From Cyanobacteria bacterium P01_D01_bin.156 (GTDB taxonomy: Bacteria; Cyanobacteriota; Cyanobacteriia; Phormidesmidales; Phormidesmidaceae), in contig JBCCQQ010000001.1 of assembly GCA_039024555.1 (NCBI GenBank), positions 256,001-320,000 of the forward strand: a stretch of 64,000 nt of DNA, in the 5' to 3' direction. Shown piece by piece: positions 63,370 through 64,000 of this stretch (position 1 is its first letter; each line of letters starts with the position of its first letter). The translations under genes were made by a program, and so were the position numbers. The notes under the pieces are model-generated. The model was given only the letters and a program-made list of their open reading frames with translations. It made no database searches and was not told the DNA's origin.

Positions 63370-64000
63370 GTGCTCCCTAAAAAAATATACGGATTGAAAT
63401 GCTGGTTTACCACTGGTGGACTGATATTGTCTTATCTGACATTACCAAGGGCGGCTTTTGGCCAGGTTATACCCGATGGTACAACGCTGACACCAGATCC
63501 TGGAGCCTGCACAGTCACCTGTACCATTCGAGATGGTACATCAGATGCGACGGGTACTAACTTATTCCATAGTTTTCAAGAATTTTCAGTTCCTGGTGGG
63601 GGCACGGTTTTTTTTGACCATGCTCCCACTATTCGTAATATCTTTTCTCGGGTGACTGGCAGCAACCCCTCCACTATTGATGGAACCCTTAGCACTAATT
63701 TCTTGAGTGAGGCCAATCTATTTTTGCTAAACCCCAATGGGATTATTTTTGGGCCAGATAGCAGCCTAGATATTGGCGGTTCATTTGTGGCCACCACCGC
63801 TGCCGCCATTCAGTTTGGCACCCAAGGAAGCTTCAGTGCCCTAGAGACCGACCTTAACCCTGCCCTATTAACAGTTGCCCCCTCCGCATTTTTGTTTAAT
63901 CAATCAACGGTTGCTCCCATTGTTAATCAATCTATAGCCCCTCCATTACCACTAGCCTTTGCTCCTGGTTTAGGAGTTCGGAGTAATCAAAATCTGGTAT
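63370..64000 (+). CDS. Filamentous haemagglutinin N-terminal (TPS) domain protein, truncated by the window end (not in ORF track)
   Basis: GTG start; signal peptide ending AFG/QVIPDGT; NLFHSFQEFSV, NIFSRVTG..S.IDG, ANLFLLNPNGIIFG..L.IGGSFVATTA. Confidence 0.93.
   Translation, partial: MLPKKIYGLKCWFTTGGLILSYLTLPRAAFGQVIPDGTTLTPDPGACTVTCTIRDGTSDATGTNLFHSFQEFSVPGGGTVFFDHAPTIRNIFSRVTGSNPSTIDGTLSTNFLSEANLFLLNPNGIIFGPDSSLDIGGSFVATTAAAIQFGTQGSFSALETDLNPALLTVAPSAFLFNQSTVAPIVNQSIAPPLPLAFAPGLGVRSNQNLV

Noticed and set aside
63576..63809. 77-aa minus-strand ORF
   Set aside because: Antisense to the TpsA gene that is open on the plus strand from 63370.

Overview
This is a core-chromosome window from a cyanobacterium: psaC, rbp3/rbpG-type RRM, sipA, cyanobacterial rpoZ and frequent HIP1 GCGATCGC octamers are all present. 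The gene repertoire suggests a filamentous Leptolyngbya/Nodosilinea-like strain (inference). It opens with the end of the ribosomal operon (rpsK-rpoA-rplQ-truA-rplM-rpsI-rpmE-prfA). Mostly housekeeping genes follow: crtB, glyA, cinA, aroQ, gpmI, secG, tkt, fabF-acpP, psaC, ftsX, def, frmA-fghA, argC, fba, rpoZ, plus tRNA-Lys(TTT) and tRNA-Pro(GGG). Accessory genes include an AAA ATPase, a SNF2 helicase, a PAS-GGDEF-EAL protein and two repeat-containing cell-wall hydrolases. I see no CRISPR array, intact transposase, prophage or recognisable complete defence system, and I cannot claim a new multi-gene system. The features the ORF track misses or does not explain are: (i) a decayed island after tRNA-Pro, with an integrase-like stub ending at a HIP1 site, a DUF4058 gene with an altered motif, a frameshifted Uma2 pseudogene, an ORFan and the start of a TpsA gene; (ii) several unrelated, near-perfect hairpins with 18-26 bp arms and 3-nt loops; (iii) a candidate switch-like structured RNA after rpoZ and a candidate sRNA upstream of rbp; (iv) an unannotated 42-aa protein upstream of aroQ; (v) several apparent pseudo-enzymes; and (vi) a chimeric repeat expansion in the amidase.
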